This document shows, piece after piece, positions 15,990-27,000 of a stretch of 33,044 nt of DNA. Under the pieces are notes generated by a model, which had not been told where the DNA came from, made no database searches, and saw nothing but the letters and a program-made list of their open reading frames with translations. The stretch is taken from positions 1-33,044 of the IMG/VR virus record IMGVR_UViG_3300037634_006342. The stretch is one strand, 5' to 3'. Each line of letters opens with the position of its first letter. Position 1 is the first letter of the stretch. This DNA is from a virus. Lineage: Duplodnaviria > Caudoviricetes. The position numbers were made by a program, and so were the translations under genes.

Positions 15990-16632
15990 AGGCGCTATAG
16001 TAAAGTATGCTCTTTCTACGGACAAACAAGAAAAGACCGATTTGTACATACAGTACATCCAACCCGCTTTTAATGAGATGGTTGAGAAGATAGTATATAC
16101 CTATAAATTTAACAATCTCCCCAACATTGAAGTTCTGAAAGATGATTGTAAGATATGGTTAACTACTATTCTTGATAAGTACGATGCGGGGCGCAACTCT
16201 AAAGCTTTTTCTTATTTTAGCGTGATAACAAAAAATTGGTTTATTGCAAAAATAAAGAAAAATTCTAAAGCTTGTAGGCGGGAAGTTTCTTACGAGCACC
16301 TTGTCAACGAGGCAGACACCTATCCGTTTCAAAACAGCGTGGAGAACCCTTATGAAGAAAAGAGAGAGCATTACGAGTTCTTTAACTTGCTGAAGGACAA
16401 GATAGGCGAGTGGGAGGGCGAAGCGCAGAAAGAAAAAGATAAGAAGGTGTTACAAGCTATATCCATAATAATGGAGAGTGCTCAAGATATAGAAATTTTT
16501 AATAAAAAAGCTATTTACTTATATATGCGAGAAATTACGGGGCTGAACACAAAACAGATAGTGAGCACCCTTAATAGAACCAGGATAAAGTATAAAGTTT
16601 TTAAGACCAATTGGGATGAGGGTGATGTTTAA
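15946..16632 (+). CDS. Phage sigma factor, T4 gp55-like late-transcription sigma
   Basis: Likely GTG start at 15946 after AGGAGG (15934-15939). Sigma region-2-like segment LKDDCKIWLTTILDKYDAGRNSKAFSYFSVITKNWFI (compare gp55 FAYFT); C-terminal HTH-like LYMREITGLNTKQIVSTLNR. Confidence 0.68.
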   Translation: MTKKKKNQYFTKVHEGAIVKYALSTDKQEKTDLYIQYIQPAFNEMVEKIVYTYKFNNLPNIEVLKDDCKIWLTTILDKYDAGRNSKAFSYFSVITKNWFIAKIKKNSKACRREVSYEHLVNEADTYPFQNSVENPYEEKREHYEFFNLLKDKIGEWEGEAQKEKDKKVLQAISIIMESAQDIEIFNKKAIYLYMREITGLNTKQIVSTLNRTRIKYKVFKTNWDEGDV

Positions 16633-16916
16633 TGCCTAAAAAAAATGTTGAAGAGATATTACAAGATGCGCAAGATAATATAAAAAATGATAGGGCGCTT
16701 GCCACTAAGTTATTGTCTGATGTGATGAAGCATCTGGCTAAGGACCCTGCCAACCATCAACATGGGGGGTCGGTGGCGGCGAAGTATTTAGAAACCCTTC
16801 AGAGGTCTAATGAACAATTGGTAAAGATAGCAGCCTTAAAAAACAAGAGAAGCTCCCAGTCGGGGCTATCGGATATAGATAAAAAAGAGCTTTATGAATT
16901 AATCAAAGAGGAGTAG
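16632..16916 (+). CDS. Hypothetical helical protein
   Basis: 94-aa ORF coupled to the sigma gene by a TAATG overlap. Confidence 0.7.
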   Translation: MPKKNVEEILQDAQDNIKNDRALATKLLSDVMKHLAKDPANHQHGGSVAAKYLETLQRSNEQLVKIAALKNKRSSQSGLSDIDKKELYELIKEE

Positions 16917-16922
16917 CAGTTC

Positions 16923-19900
16923 GTGCCGAGAAGAAGAAGAAGCAGTCGAGGAAAGCCCGTTTTACCCCCACAGGCAGCACAGGTGACGTGGGGGCCTGGA
17001 TATAATATTTCACCCGCTGTGAACAATACAAGGCCTAAGTTTTTTCTTCAACGTAGAATTGCTGCTCAAGGGGGGGATTTTTGGTCTCTTGCTCGTCAAA
17101 ATATTAAGCTATCGAATACTCCGGATATATTTGAGAATACAGGCGTATATAATGCTAAAGTTATTACACTTTTTAATAAGCGCGATCCAAACGCCACGGC
17201 TCAAAAAAATAATTTTTTTTCCAACATTGTGAACTTTTTTGGTTCTGCTGTGTTGGAGGAAGAGAGGTTTACTCCGATAGTCGTACAGTGCAGAGTTCCT
17301 GGAATAACGGACATGATTCCGGCCCCCAATGTTAATGACATCACAAAGGAATACTTGGCCAAGGGGGTTATAGGAAGTTATGCTGATGTTCTTGCATCTC
17401 TTCATCCTACATTTGTGTGTGTGAGTAACGACATGAACGTTCGCCTTGGTTCTTGGGTGACGGTTGAATTGGCTAACACTTATGATATATTTTCCAACTC
17501 CCCGGCAGGAGCCGGGAAAGTATTGGGGGTTGTAGGTGATTTAGGCTTGGGAGGCGACCCTTGTGCGGGTGAGCGCGGACGGCCACGCTCTAGAAGCGCT
17601 TCAGGCACAGTGATTACCTCTCCAACCACTCATTCTATCCCGAGCACCACTGGCACTCCAACTGTGAGGGATAATGTAAAGAATGTCTTTATTGTTGGAG
17701 TCGATAACGCCATAAGACCGGAAAATTCACCTGGTGAAATGATGAAAACAGCCTTTCTTAGTGAAGGCTATAGTACGTTTGTAAAGGAGAGCGGACATAA
17801 GATGACAGAGGGTGACCCGCGTCTTCCTTTTAATCAGGCTGAGGCCACCATCGAGAACTATGTTGCCAAGTTTGACGATATTTTTCATGCTAGTGAGGGA
17901 AAGATGATTGTTATTCAATTTGAAGAAGTTTTTACTACTCCTATAATAGGGAGAAGTTTAGACGGCACCCCAGTGGTTACGGACGTTAAAGGGGTTTTTG
18001 GAGCAATAGCTAACATTTTTAACGAATTGATGAAAAAGATTACGACACAGTTTGGGGCTGATCCAAAAGTTCTACTGCTGGGTTCCTTTAAGGTTGATGG
18101 CATCATGAGCAATTTTGGGGGGTCTCATAATGGAGTCCCTAACTCGTTTGAGATGGATAACAATGGGCTTTTTCAATTTCTTATGGCGATGGTTTTGGCG
18201 GGAAAGGACCTAACTACTACGGATGTTGACTTTGGTGGGGTCGGGTCCATCACAGGAGTTGGAGGGTTCGCCGAAGGGTGGCCCGACATTAGAATTATGA
18301 ATCCTTACGCTCAAGATGGCAGGGGGAACCCTCAATTCTTGCCGAGTTTGATTGTAAATCCGCAGCCTGTAAATTTTGATGTCATGAAGATGACAGAAGA
18401 AGCAATAGCGTTCCTCGGTGATGGAAGCTCCCCAGCCACGGCTCCGACTACTGTGGCTGCTCCACCTACGCCCACGCCGGCCACGGCAACATGGGAAATT
18501 TCCGATGAACTGCGTGCTGTTATTGATCAGCTAAACAGTATGCTGTCTAGCCCTATATTTATACCCATCTCAAGTAAACCAGAGGCGGAAGACCAACTTA
18601 CAGAAATAGGGATAGTGCTTGGCATGTCATTAGACGACGTGAAAATGCGTATATGGGGGGAGTCGTCGACGGGGCTCACGGAAGATGAGGCACGAACGCT
18701 GGTGCCCGGTATTGATGTTAATGATCTCGCTCTGATGAACGGACTTAAAGAACTTATTACACAGGCTGTAGCTATGGCCACTTCCACGCCAGCAGCCACG
18801 CCAGCAGCCCCAGCAGCAGCCCCAGCAGCCCCAGCAGGCGGCGGGTCCGCAGCAGGCGGCGGGTCCGCAGCAGGAGCGACATCGCCTACAGAAAGCCCTA
18901 CTGCCGCCACTGCGAAACCTGATCCTTGTGAGGAAGTGAGTTCTCCAATTAGGGTAGCGGGTAGCGGGTCTCCTTATGATGATTCACGTTACCCTGATCC
19001 AAGCGGAGGCATGTTGGCAGAGGGAGGAAGGACATTCCCTTACAGAACTACAAGTGGAGTATTGCTTCCTCATGTTAATATTACAGCAGGCGATCAAAAA
19101 ATACCTGCCGTTCGGACGACCAGTGACAATAAAGGCTTCGCTTGGATGGGGGGGTTAAGATCACCCCAAAGATATACGGGTGATAAGTTAGATGCTCCTG
19201 GCTATAAGGGTAATGTGTTACGGGTGGGTGGAGGTCCTCTTACGGTAAAACAGTGGAAACAAGCGTTTGAAGCCGTGCATATTGAGTGGCTTAATGGCAA
19301 AACTTTAGTGGTGAACAAAAGGGCACTCCCGGCCTACCAATTGGTCATGAAAGAAATAGTAAGTGATTACCCAGACCTTATTAATAAATGGAAACCTACA
19401 AGTCCCTCTTCTATGAGGTATGAGTGGACAAATTATGAAGAGAACAGCGATGGTACGGGTTATAAGAAGGCCAAAAATATAAAAAAAGCTTATAGTAGGG
19501 TAGGAAATATGAATACGCCCTTCGGAGGCGCCCGATCCCCAGGAAGGCACGGCAGTGAGCATTTTCTTGGGACCGCTCATGATTTAAGTCCGCCGAATAA
19601 TGAATATACTACATCACGGTTGCCACCATGGCCGGCCACGCTCAGTAATAAGCGCAGATGGCCTAACCGTCCTCCCGGCGAAAATCGCGCCTCGGCGGCC
19701 CAGACGCTCAGTACTCAAACACCTGCCCAACGAAAAACATTTTGGCAAAAGCAGTATGGCGTCGATATAGATAACCTTAGTCCCACCAATCAATTGATGG
19801 TGACGGATATGCCTAGTGATTATATTAAGGTTATGAAGAAGTGGGGATTCGCGTGGGGTGGCGACTTTGGTGGCCATGGCAAGAACGCACGAACGGATGC

Positions 19901-19997
19901 AATGCATTTTGCGTTCATGGGCGATCCTCGGACTGCTGCTAAGGCAGCCAGTAGGCTAGGCGTCGATGCCAATTATCTGGTAATAGGTACCGCGTAA
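16923..19997 (+). CDS. Putative baseplate hub (gp5-like N terminus) with a C-terminal M15-family peptidoglycan peptidase
   Basis: N-terminal OB-fold-like pattern (YNAKVI...VQCRVPG...LHPTF...GSWVTVE); Pro/Ala/Thr linkers; M15 zinc motifs SEHFLGTAHD (SxHxxGxAxD) and KKWGFAWGGDF...DAMHF; lies upstream of baseplate genes. Confidence 0.65.
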   Translation: MPRRRRSSRGKPVLPPQAAQVTWGPGYNISPAVNNTRPKFFLQRRIAAQGGDFWSLARQNIKLSNTPDIFENTGVYNAKVITLFNKRDPNATAQKNNFFSNIVNFFGSAVLEEERFTPIVVQCRVPGITDMIPAPNVNDITKEYLAKGVIGSYADVLASLHPTFVCVSNDMNVRLGSWVTVELANTYDIFSNSPAGAGKVLGVVGDLGLGGDPCAGERGRPRSRSASGTVITSPTTHSIPSTTGTPTVRDNVKNVFIVGVDNAIRPENSPGEMMKTAFLSEGYSTFVKESGHKMTEGDPRLPFNQAEATIENYVAKFDDIFHASEGKMIVIQFEEVFTTPIIGRSLDGTPVVTDVKGVFGAIANIFNELMKKITTQFGADPKVLLLGSFKVDGIMSNFGGSHNGVPNSFEMDNNGLFQFLMAMVLAGKDLTTTDVDFGGVGSITGVGGFAEGWPDIRIMNPYAQDGRGNPQFLPSLIVNPQPVNFDVMKMTEEAIAFLGDGSSPATAPTTVAAPPTPTPATATWEISDELRAVIDQLNSMLSSPIFIPISSKPEAEDQLTEIGIVLGMSLDDVKMRIWGESSTGLTEDEARTLVPGIDVNDLALMNGLKELITQAVAMATSTPAATPAAPAAAPAAPAGGGSAAGGGSAAGATSPTESPTAATAKPDPCEEVSSPIRVAGSGSPYDDSRYPDPSGGMLAEGGRTFPYRTTSGVLLPHVNITAGDQKIPAVRTTSDNKGFAWMGGLRSPQRYTGDKLDAPGYKGNVLRVGGGPLTVKQWKQAFEAVHIEWLNGKTLVVNKRALPAYQLVMKEIVSDYPDLINKWKPTSPSSMRYEWTNYEENSDGTGYKKAKNIKKAYSRVGNMNTPFGGARSPGRHGSEHFLGTAHDLSPPNNEYTTSRLPPWPATLSNKRRWPNRPPGENRASAAQTLSTQTPAQRKTFWQKQYGVDIDNLSPTNQLMVTDMPSDYIKVMKKWGFAWGGDFGGHGKNARTDAMHFAFMGDPRTAAKAASRLGVDANYLVIGTA
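18784..18874 (+). repeat. GC-rich in-frame tandem repeats encoding a PAA/GGGSAA linker
   Basis: CCACGCCAGCAG x2, CCCCAGCAG-type 9-12-bp units, and a perfect 18-mer GCAGGCGGCGGGTCCGCA x2. Confidence 0.9.
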
Positions 19998-20010
19998 TGA
20001 GGAGAAATTT

Positions 20011-21054
20011 ATGAGTACTGATGTATTTGCGAGTGATGGGGCGACGTCTATATTAGACACTGTTGCTACTTTACAAGAAGAGATATTAAACTTAAACCTT
20101 GCAAAGACTGCAAAGGGAGCGCGACGTACCAGTGACTTGCCTGTTGCTACACGCGCCAAGCTGAAGAATCTACCTGAGGACGCCAAGGTGAGGGTGTCTG
20201 GCGTGGCTGGCTACCCTAGCGTAGAGCCGTTGCCTATTTTCGTCAAACAGGAAGCGGAGAAGTTATTGTCGGCTGACTACGGATCGGCTGATATTGTCTT
20301 GGGAGGCACGGATAGGAATGCGGCAAGAGGTAGCGGATACGCAGGCGATACGCAGGCTGCGAAGATAGATATGGTGGTGGGACGCGGCGGCTCAAATACT
20401 AGGTTTCTTGATGCCACCACAGGAGGCTCTTCATATATCGATCCTGACTTTGAAAAAGACTCTGCGAGAATCTATATGTCACAAAAGAGTAAAATGCATG
20501 AGTATTTTAATTTAAAGGCGGCCATAAAAGGTGGTGATGTGGCGGCTGAGGGGTCGTCAGCCGTTGTTATAAAGGCAGATAACGTAGGTTTAATATCCAG
20601 AGGAGCGTTGAAGTTGACCACTTTATATGGGGGAGAGAAATCAACAGGAGGCAGTAATGACTCTTATAGTGGAATTATTTTAATGGCAAATAATGACAAC
20701 TCTGATCTTCAACCTTTAGTTAAAGGCACGAGCCTACTGAATGCTTTGCGCAGCATGGTCGATTTAATAGATGACGTAAGGTCAATCTTGGTGTCTTTTT
20801 TGGACATGCAAATGGATTTTAACACCAAGTTGATGAATCATAAACACATTTCGCCGTTTAATGCGGAAAACACCTCAGAGTCTCCGGATCTTATGGTAGC
20901 GGCAATGTTACACAATGCTAATCTTATGGCGAAGACATTCACGTCGCTCAAGAGTACTGCTATGAATTTAGCCAACCATGAAAAAGATTTCTTTGAAAAG
21001 TGGGGAAGTTCGGAAGGCAAATATATATTATCGGATTTCAACTACACGAATTAG
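20011..21054 (+). CDS. Putative baseplate central spike (gp5 C-terminal/gpV-like)
   Basis: SD GAGGAG; short beta-strand-like segments (ADIVLGG, KIDMVVGR, ARIYMSQKS, AVVIKADNVGLISR), a helical stretch, then an HxH motif NHKH (20839-20847); position between hub and wedge genes. Confidence 0.5.
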   Translation: MSTDVFASDGATSILDTVATLQEEILNLNLAKTAKGARRTSDLPVATRAKLKNLPEDAKVRVSGVAGYPSVEPLPIFVKQEAEKLLSADYGSADIVLGGTDRNAARGSGYAGDTQAAKIDMVVGRGGSNTRFLDATTGGSSYIDPDFEKDSARIYMSQKSKMHEYFNLKAAIKGGDVAAEGSSAVVIKADNVGLISRGALKLTTLYGGEKSTGGSNDSYSGIILMANNDNSDLQPLVKGTSLLNALRSMVDLIDDVRSILVSFLDMQMDFNTKLMNHKHISPFNAENTSESPDLMVAAMLHNANLMAKTFTSLKSTAMNLANHEKDFFEKWGSSEGKYILSDFNYTN

Positions 21055-21063
21055 GAACATATA

Positions 21064-24000
21064 ATGGCGAACACAACATATGAAGTAGAGTTTAAGGCAC
21101 ACCTCCAAGATAGTCCTATCGTTTCACAAGACTTTGAAAAGTTAAAGGAAGCGGCTGTTTATCAGCTTGGCGCCATCCCCACCCTCTGGGATTACCTGAT
21201 CAAGAAGAACCCTCTGGAGGGCTTTATTGAGGGACTAGAGTACTACGAACTTATCGACCGACTGACTGAAGCATTTCAGGACGATATTGATGATTTATTT
21301 GTTGGACCTCTTGACATAATAAGCGTAACGGAGGAGTCAGAGACCGAGGAGTGGGTTGACTATACGGACCCCGAGGATACGGTGGAGTTGGAGGCGCCTT
21401 GGTATCTAGTAGAGGCTAAAGCTACATTTTCGATTGCTGCTATACGCGCACGGGTCATAGAAGAAAACTTATTTAGAGTCGTGCCCATTCCAAACGCCGC
21501 AGAGGTGGCAGAATTCAATAGTTATGTGAATTTGTCTGTTTTGCAGTCCAGTTTTTGGGAGGTTTTCTTAAAAGAGACCCGGAGCCAAAAAAAGAATATA
21601 ACGCATATTCTATTTGAGCCTAAGGGGTGGACTCTAGATAATATTATCGCGAAAGTCCCTCTTGACTATACCGACACAGAAGATGAGGGATTTCCGGTCT
21701 TTCAAGACCCAGATTTCGAATCTCGTATAATATTTGACCTACCCCCGTTAACACCAGTCGAGGTAATGGAACAATCTGCTGGTCCTGATTTTAAGTTTTT
21801 TAAATGTAGGTTTTGGGTGACCAAAAAGACGGATGGGAGCTTGGGGGGCGGTCTAGGAGCTATTGTCACAAAACCAGGGAAGCCCCCACGTTTTGTTTGG
21901 GGCCCACTGGACGCTGGAGACGAGCGGTATAGACTCTATCATGAGGACAATTCGATTACTTACAGCCAAGAGCTAGTCCAAAACGTTAGGAGTGGGTCAG
22001 GCGTTAAGCTCGGCACTCCTCCCGAGGAGGTCACCCCTGTCTTTGTACACACACCCACACTACCAGCAAACGCTTTGGGCTATAATCATTATGTTGAGGG
22101 TTATGTTGAAGCGAGACGTTTAAGGCTTATTCCTGGAGTTTTAGAGGGGGGTTTTTTTGCGAAACTTGCGGCAAAAAAACCTGCCACGGGACGCCCATCA
22201 TCACCGGCCCTTGTGCAGCCCGACCTTCCTGTATATGGTAAAGCTGGCGACGCCGGCGCCGACATGCCACCGTGGCCCGGGGCCTTTACTTATAGTGTTT
22301 TAGTCGAACTGGATAATATACAATGGAACTCTCTCATCAAAGATGCTGGAGGCGGTAAACTCCCCACCGCCAGCGTTGATGGGGATCAGCCACTGCGAAC
22401 GTTTGATGAGGCGGGTCTATGGCTAGGGCTAGGGGGGACGACCAATGTAGACGGCTTTAATGAGCCTGTTATGAATGCTTTAAAAATGCTTGGTGTGGAT
22501 AAAATTCTACAATATTACAATGTGAACGTGGACTTCACACTCGCCATAGACAAGGTCAGGAAGCAGGTGGTAGATATTATACGTCTTCTTGTGTTTGGCA
22601 ATGTCAAGATAGAGGAAGCAAAGGTGACTACAAGGGGCAGCCAAACAATTCGCCAATTTAAAATAAGTGTGCCTGTTAGGTTTGTAGATGCATTAGGCCA
22701 GTGGGTAGATACTTTCCAATGGGATCAAAACCTTGACGCCATTTTGGACCCAGACGAGGCAAAAGTTTTTGCGCAGACAGCCGCCAAGAGAGCCGCAAAT
22801 ATTGACGCCCTCACTGATAAGCTGTTTGCGTTGGTTACTTCGGCAGATATGAAGCCCTTAAGCCAATATGCTGGGTTAACGTGGACCGAGACTCAGGAAG
22901 AAACTGAAGACATCGCCACGTTTGATAAATTGTTGCAAGGAGGACAGTTCTTAGATGAGTTTATTGGGAAGGTCGAGGAAAAAGCTAAAGTTAAATATGT
23001 GGAAAGGCACATTAACACCCAGAAGACTTTTTCTACTTCATTTCAAATAAAAGATATTGCAACAAGAAAAGAAGATTTTAAAACAAAACTAAACAAATAT
23101 GAAGCAGAGGTGAGCAGTAGTGGGGCATCTGTGTTTCTTGCGGTCCCACCAGGCCGGGGGGCTGCAACTGAAGCGGGTTCGAGTGTTCCTTCCATGCTGC
23201 TTCCTCGGGAACCGCTTAAGCTTAAGGAAGGTATTCTGCCCAACATTGAAAAGTTTTACGAGAATTTAGATGCGCTCCTCAAGAGAAGCGATTTTGCTTA
23301 CAAGGCCAGCCACCCAAAGGATGGGATAGGAACGCCGGGGTCTCCTAAGGCTTCTGATTATGTGGAGATAGGGTTTGATAGAAACTTTAAAGTTATCTAT
23401 GTGCTTTTCAATGGCTTTCCTATTGTCGAGGGGGCGAGTTATTGGTTTGATCAAATAAATGATAACGAGAGACGATATTGGATTACCAATAGTTTGGTAC
23501 ACAGGTATGCCGAGTTGATAGTGGAAGATGAGTCCCTTCCGTATGATGAGTTTCTTAAGAAGTATTTTGTAGGAATTTATATTTTCCCTGGAGGCTCTCT
23601 TGATACTCCCACCTACGAAGAATACAATGTGGCGGGTGATCATCGTCTTATGAGCGCTCAAGACCTCATGGAACAAAACAACCAGCGGTTTGAGGCAGAA
23701 ACAACAGGAAAACTCAGCGGCGAGTTACAGGCAGCAGTGGGTAAAATAGAAAGTATTCGTGACACGTTTTGGACGAATTTACCTGAGGTCCTTAAAACAA
23801 TTAACACCATTGAAGACGTATATGAGAAAATTTTGAACGTTGTGCCTCTTGAAAATATCCTAAATCAAATAATTGCGTGTTCTGCGAAGGAGTTGGCCGG
23901 GGCGAACCTACAAGAAACTTTAATGGCATTGATTCTTAATGAAATCTTTTCTGATTATGAAGAGAACCGCGAACAGATCGACAAGATAGTGAAAGAAGTC

Positions 24001-27000
24001 ATTGATGTTATGGCGGCGTCTGCCGACTGCACGATGGAAATATTGTCGTCGGTTTATGTGATAAAGGGAGTCACAGAAGGGCAAGCGCAGAACATTATTG
24101 ATAATGTGGCAGCGGGCGCCCTTTCAGAGGATTTGGGCCTCTTGGCGTCTGAAACGTCAGCAGACGCCATCATTTTTCCCGATGAACCTCCTGATTATTT
24201 TATAAACGGCGCCCCCGAGAATGTTCAGGGGGTTCCTCTTTACACCGAGTTGCCGGAAGCTGTTTTTTCCGATGATGTCTACAGGGTGGCTGGGAACACG
24301 GCCCTTTTGAAGAATGGAACCACTGGGGGCGCTTCAACGCTTGTGGTGTTACAAAAAGGTGATTTGGTACAAAGAAAGAGTAGTAGTCTTGGTCATTATA
24401 AGGTGGAGCTTCTTTCTCAACCCAACATAGGGGCTACTGGCTACATCAAACGAGATTCGCTTGCTAAAGTTTCATTTGACGACTTTGGGGTGACGGCGTT
24501 GCTATCAGACTTTGTTAAAGTACAAGTGGCCAATGAGACATTAAGAGAGTATAATGGCAGGGTTTATCGTAGAATAAGAGTGCTAGACAATGAAAGGAAT
24601 ACTGAACACTACGGGCGCACTGGTTATGTCGAGTCTACACTATTGCAGCCCGCCTCGGAATATGCGACACAGCTTGATATTGCACGCGATAAATTAATAT
24701 TTCTGCATTGGGGGGACAGTGCATCTACTCGGTCAAATGATCATCAGGATGGGCTTGATGGTGAAGTAACTTTATGGCAGGATTTTCTTCTTACCAAGCC
24801 CACTACTACTTTTACTGCCACGGATGGCATGTATGGGCCAAAAACAAGGGATGCTACGAAGGCTTGGGCGGCTGGCTCAGGTGGTTTAACTGCTGCTCAA
24901 AAAAATGATGACATCTTTAAGCCTTTGCTTGATCCTGGTAATGTAACTATTGGTGCTTTTAGATATTTTATGCGAGGGACGGTCACTTCTGGCTTCGAAG
25001 GAAAAACACTTGCTGAAATTGAAGAGGGGATGGCACCCTTTAGCATGAAGATTCTGGGTAACGCGGCTTATGCGCCACCTGGTTTTTATACGCAAGCAAC
25101 ACCACCGGGAGGTGCACCATGCGTGGAGTTGTTTGCTAAAACGGCCACCACGAGTAGATATCTAGATATTCTTAAAATAAAACTTAATACTGCTGTTGGT
25201 CCTAAAAAGCCACCTATTCAAAAGAAGATTGATGAAGTTAAGGCAACTTTAACTGATCTTCTTTTGCAATATGAGCAATGTGCGAAACAGAACAACTTTA
25301 GTGTCAAAAATGGCAGGTATACTTACATCTACAAAACCGATGTAACAGACGAAGAGATTGTCAGCCAGGACGCCTATAAACTTGCGTTCGCCGTAACGGG
25401 GTCGTGTCTTGAGAAGAAAAAAGCTTTAGCCGAAGCGCTATCAGGAAGTCCCGTTGAGGAGGGCGCCATGGCTGAGGTAAAATGGCCTGGATCAAATTTT
25501 GCAACTGATGCACAACTGGTAGCTTTTTCTGAGTGGCAGGCGTGTTTAAATGACACAGTAGAAGAACAAAAAGACTTGTTAAAAGATATTGCGTCGGATC
25601 TGCCCGAATCAGACCAAGAGAAGGCATCAGTGCTTGATTCATTGCCCGATTATCCCCTACCAACATCAATGGCAGGAGTTTTCACTTTATTTGTGGATCA
25701 AGGAATTATTCCGGTTAACATAAGCATGCACCCTCAAGCAGGAGCTAGATTTTGGAAGGCTTTTAGTTCGCCAGGGTCCAAGTGTTTTGGTCTTGTCGAA
25801 GAAATAGCGGAACTAATAATTGCAATCATAGAGAAGGAGTACCCTGAAGTCGTTAAGATTATTAAGGAAATAATTACGACTTTCCAAACGGCGATGGCCA
25901 CGTACAGAACTACACGGGCCGCCATCGAGAGCGGCATAGCTATGTATAAAAATTTCGGAATGCCAAGCCTGGATAAGTTCCCTATTGATGGCTACGATAA
26001 ACAATTTAAAAAGGTGTTCTACGATACTCTTAAAGAGGCAGCAATATCGCTTATATCTGAGTTGGTTAATTCGTTGCTTGCGTACTTGATTAGACAGTGT
26101 AATGAGCAAGATGTGCCGTCTGAGGAAGTCGCACAAGTCGCAAAGGATATAGCACAGGGGTATGCTGATGACCCCGGAAACATATCGCTGCTTAATGACA
26201 TCTTAGCTGGTTATAACTTTATTGTGGAGAATTCTATGGCGGGAGATCAATCATCTTCCGACGCTCTCAATGTGCCGCAACTGATACAAGAAATGATTGA
26301 GGGGCTGTCCCAGCAGGAGATATGTTCGATAGTGACGGGGAACGCATCAGAGTATTTGCTTACGAGCATTAAGACAAGTTTGAAGGCTCTTTATCCCACG
26401 CACGCTAACGTTTTTGACGATAGTTTTATAACTACTATTTGTTCTGTTTTGATTTCCTTTGTGGGCGTCGACTACTGCCTAGAGTCCCAATCTACGGGAC
26501 CCGACCCTTCCGCTGGGTATGACGTGTGCGATGACACCCCAGAGGGCTCCTCTGATATGTCTGCCGAAGAGGCAGCGGCTCATAGCCAACAAAAGCTTCA
26601 GGATGCTTTAGACGCGATGCAAAAAGCCCTTGATTTGATGGAAAATCCGGAAATCCCGGCCCCCGATCAGTGCCAGATTGCTAAAGATTCCTACCTGTCT
26701 GATAGTAAATTTGTGGAAAGGTTAAGAAAGAATATTGAAGCAAGCTTATTTTCGGTGCAAAAGACATTTGATAGAGATATCACCAATTACATTCCACGTC
26801 TTACCAACATTGACGAGAATTTCCGTGAAGCGTTGGCATCCGTCAGAGAAGCATTTCCGATTGGAGAAGGAGTACAAGACGCCCTAATTAGTGGTATTGA
26901 GGAGGCGATTGGGGGGGAAGTTATCGGCCCAGGCGGGGCTATCGGTGCGCTGGCGAGTAAAATTGCTAAAGACGAGGCCACGAATAAGCGCCGTAAGCAG

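Noticed and set aside
18784-18874. CRISPR array or non-coding repeat
   Set aside because: Units are 9-18 bp, in frame, have no spacers and encode a linker.
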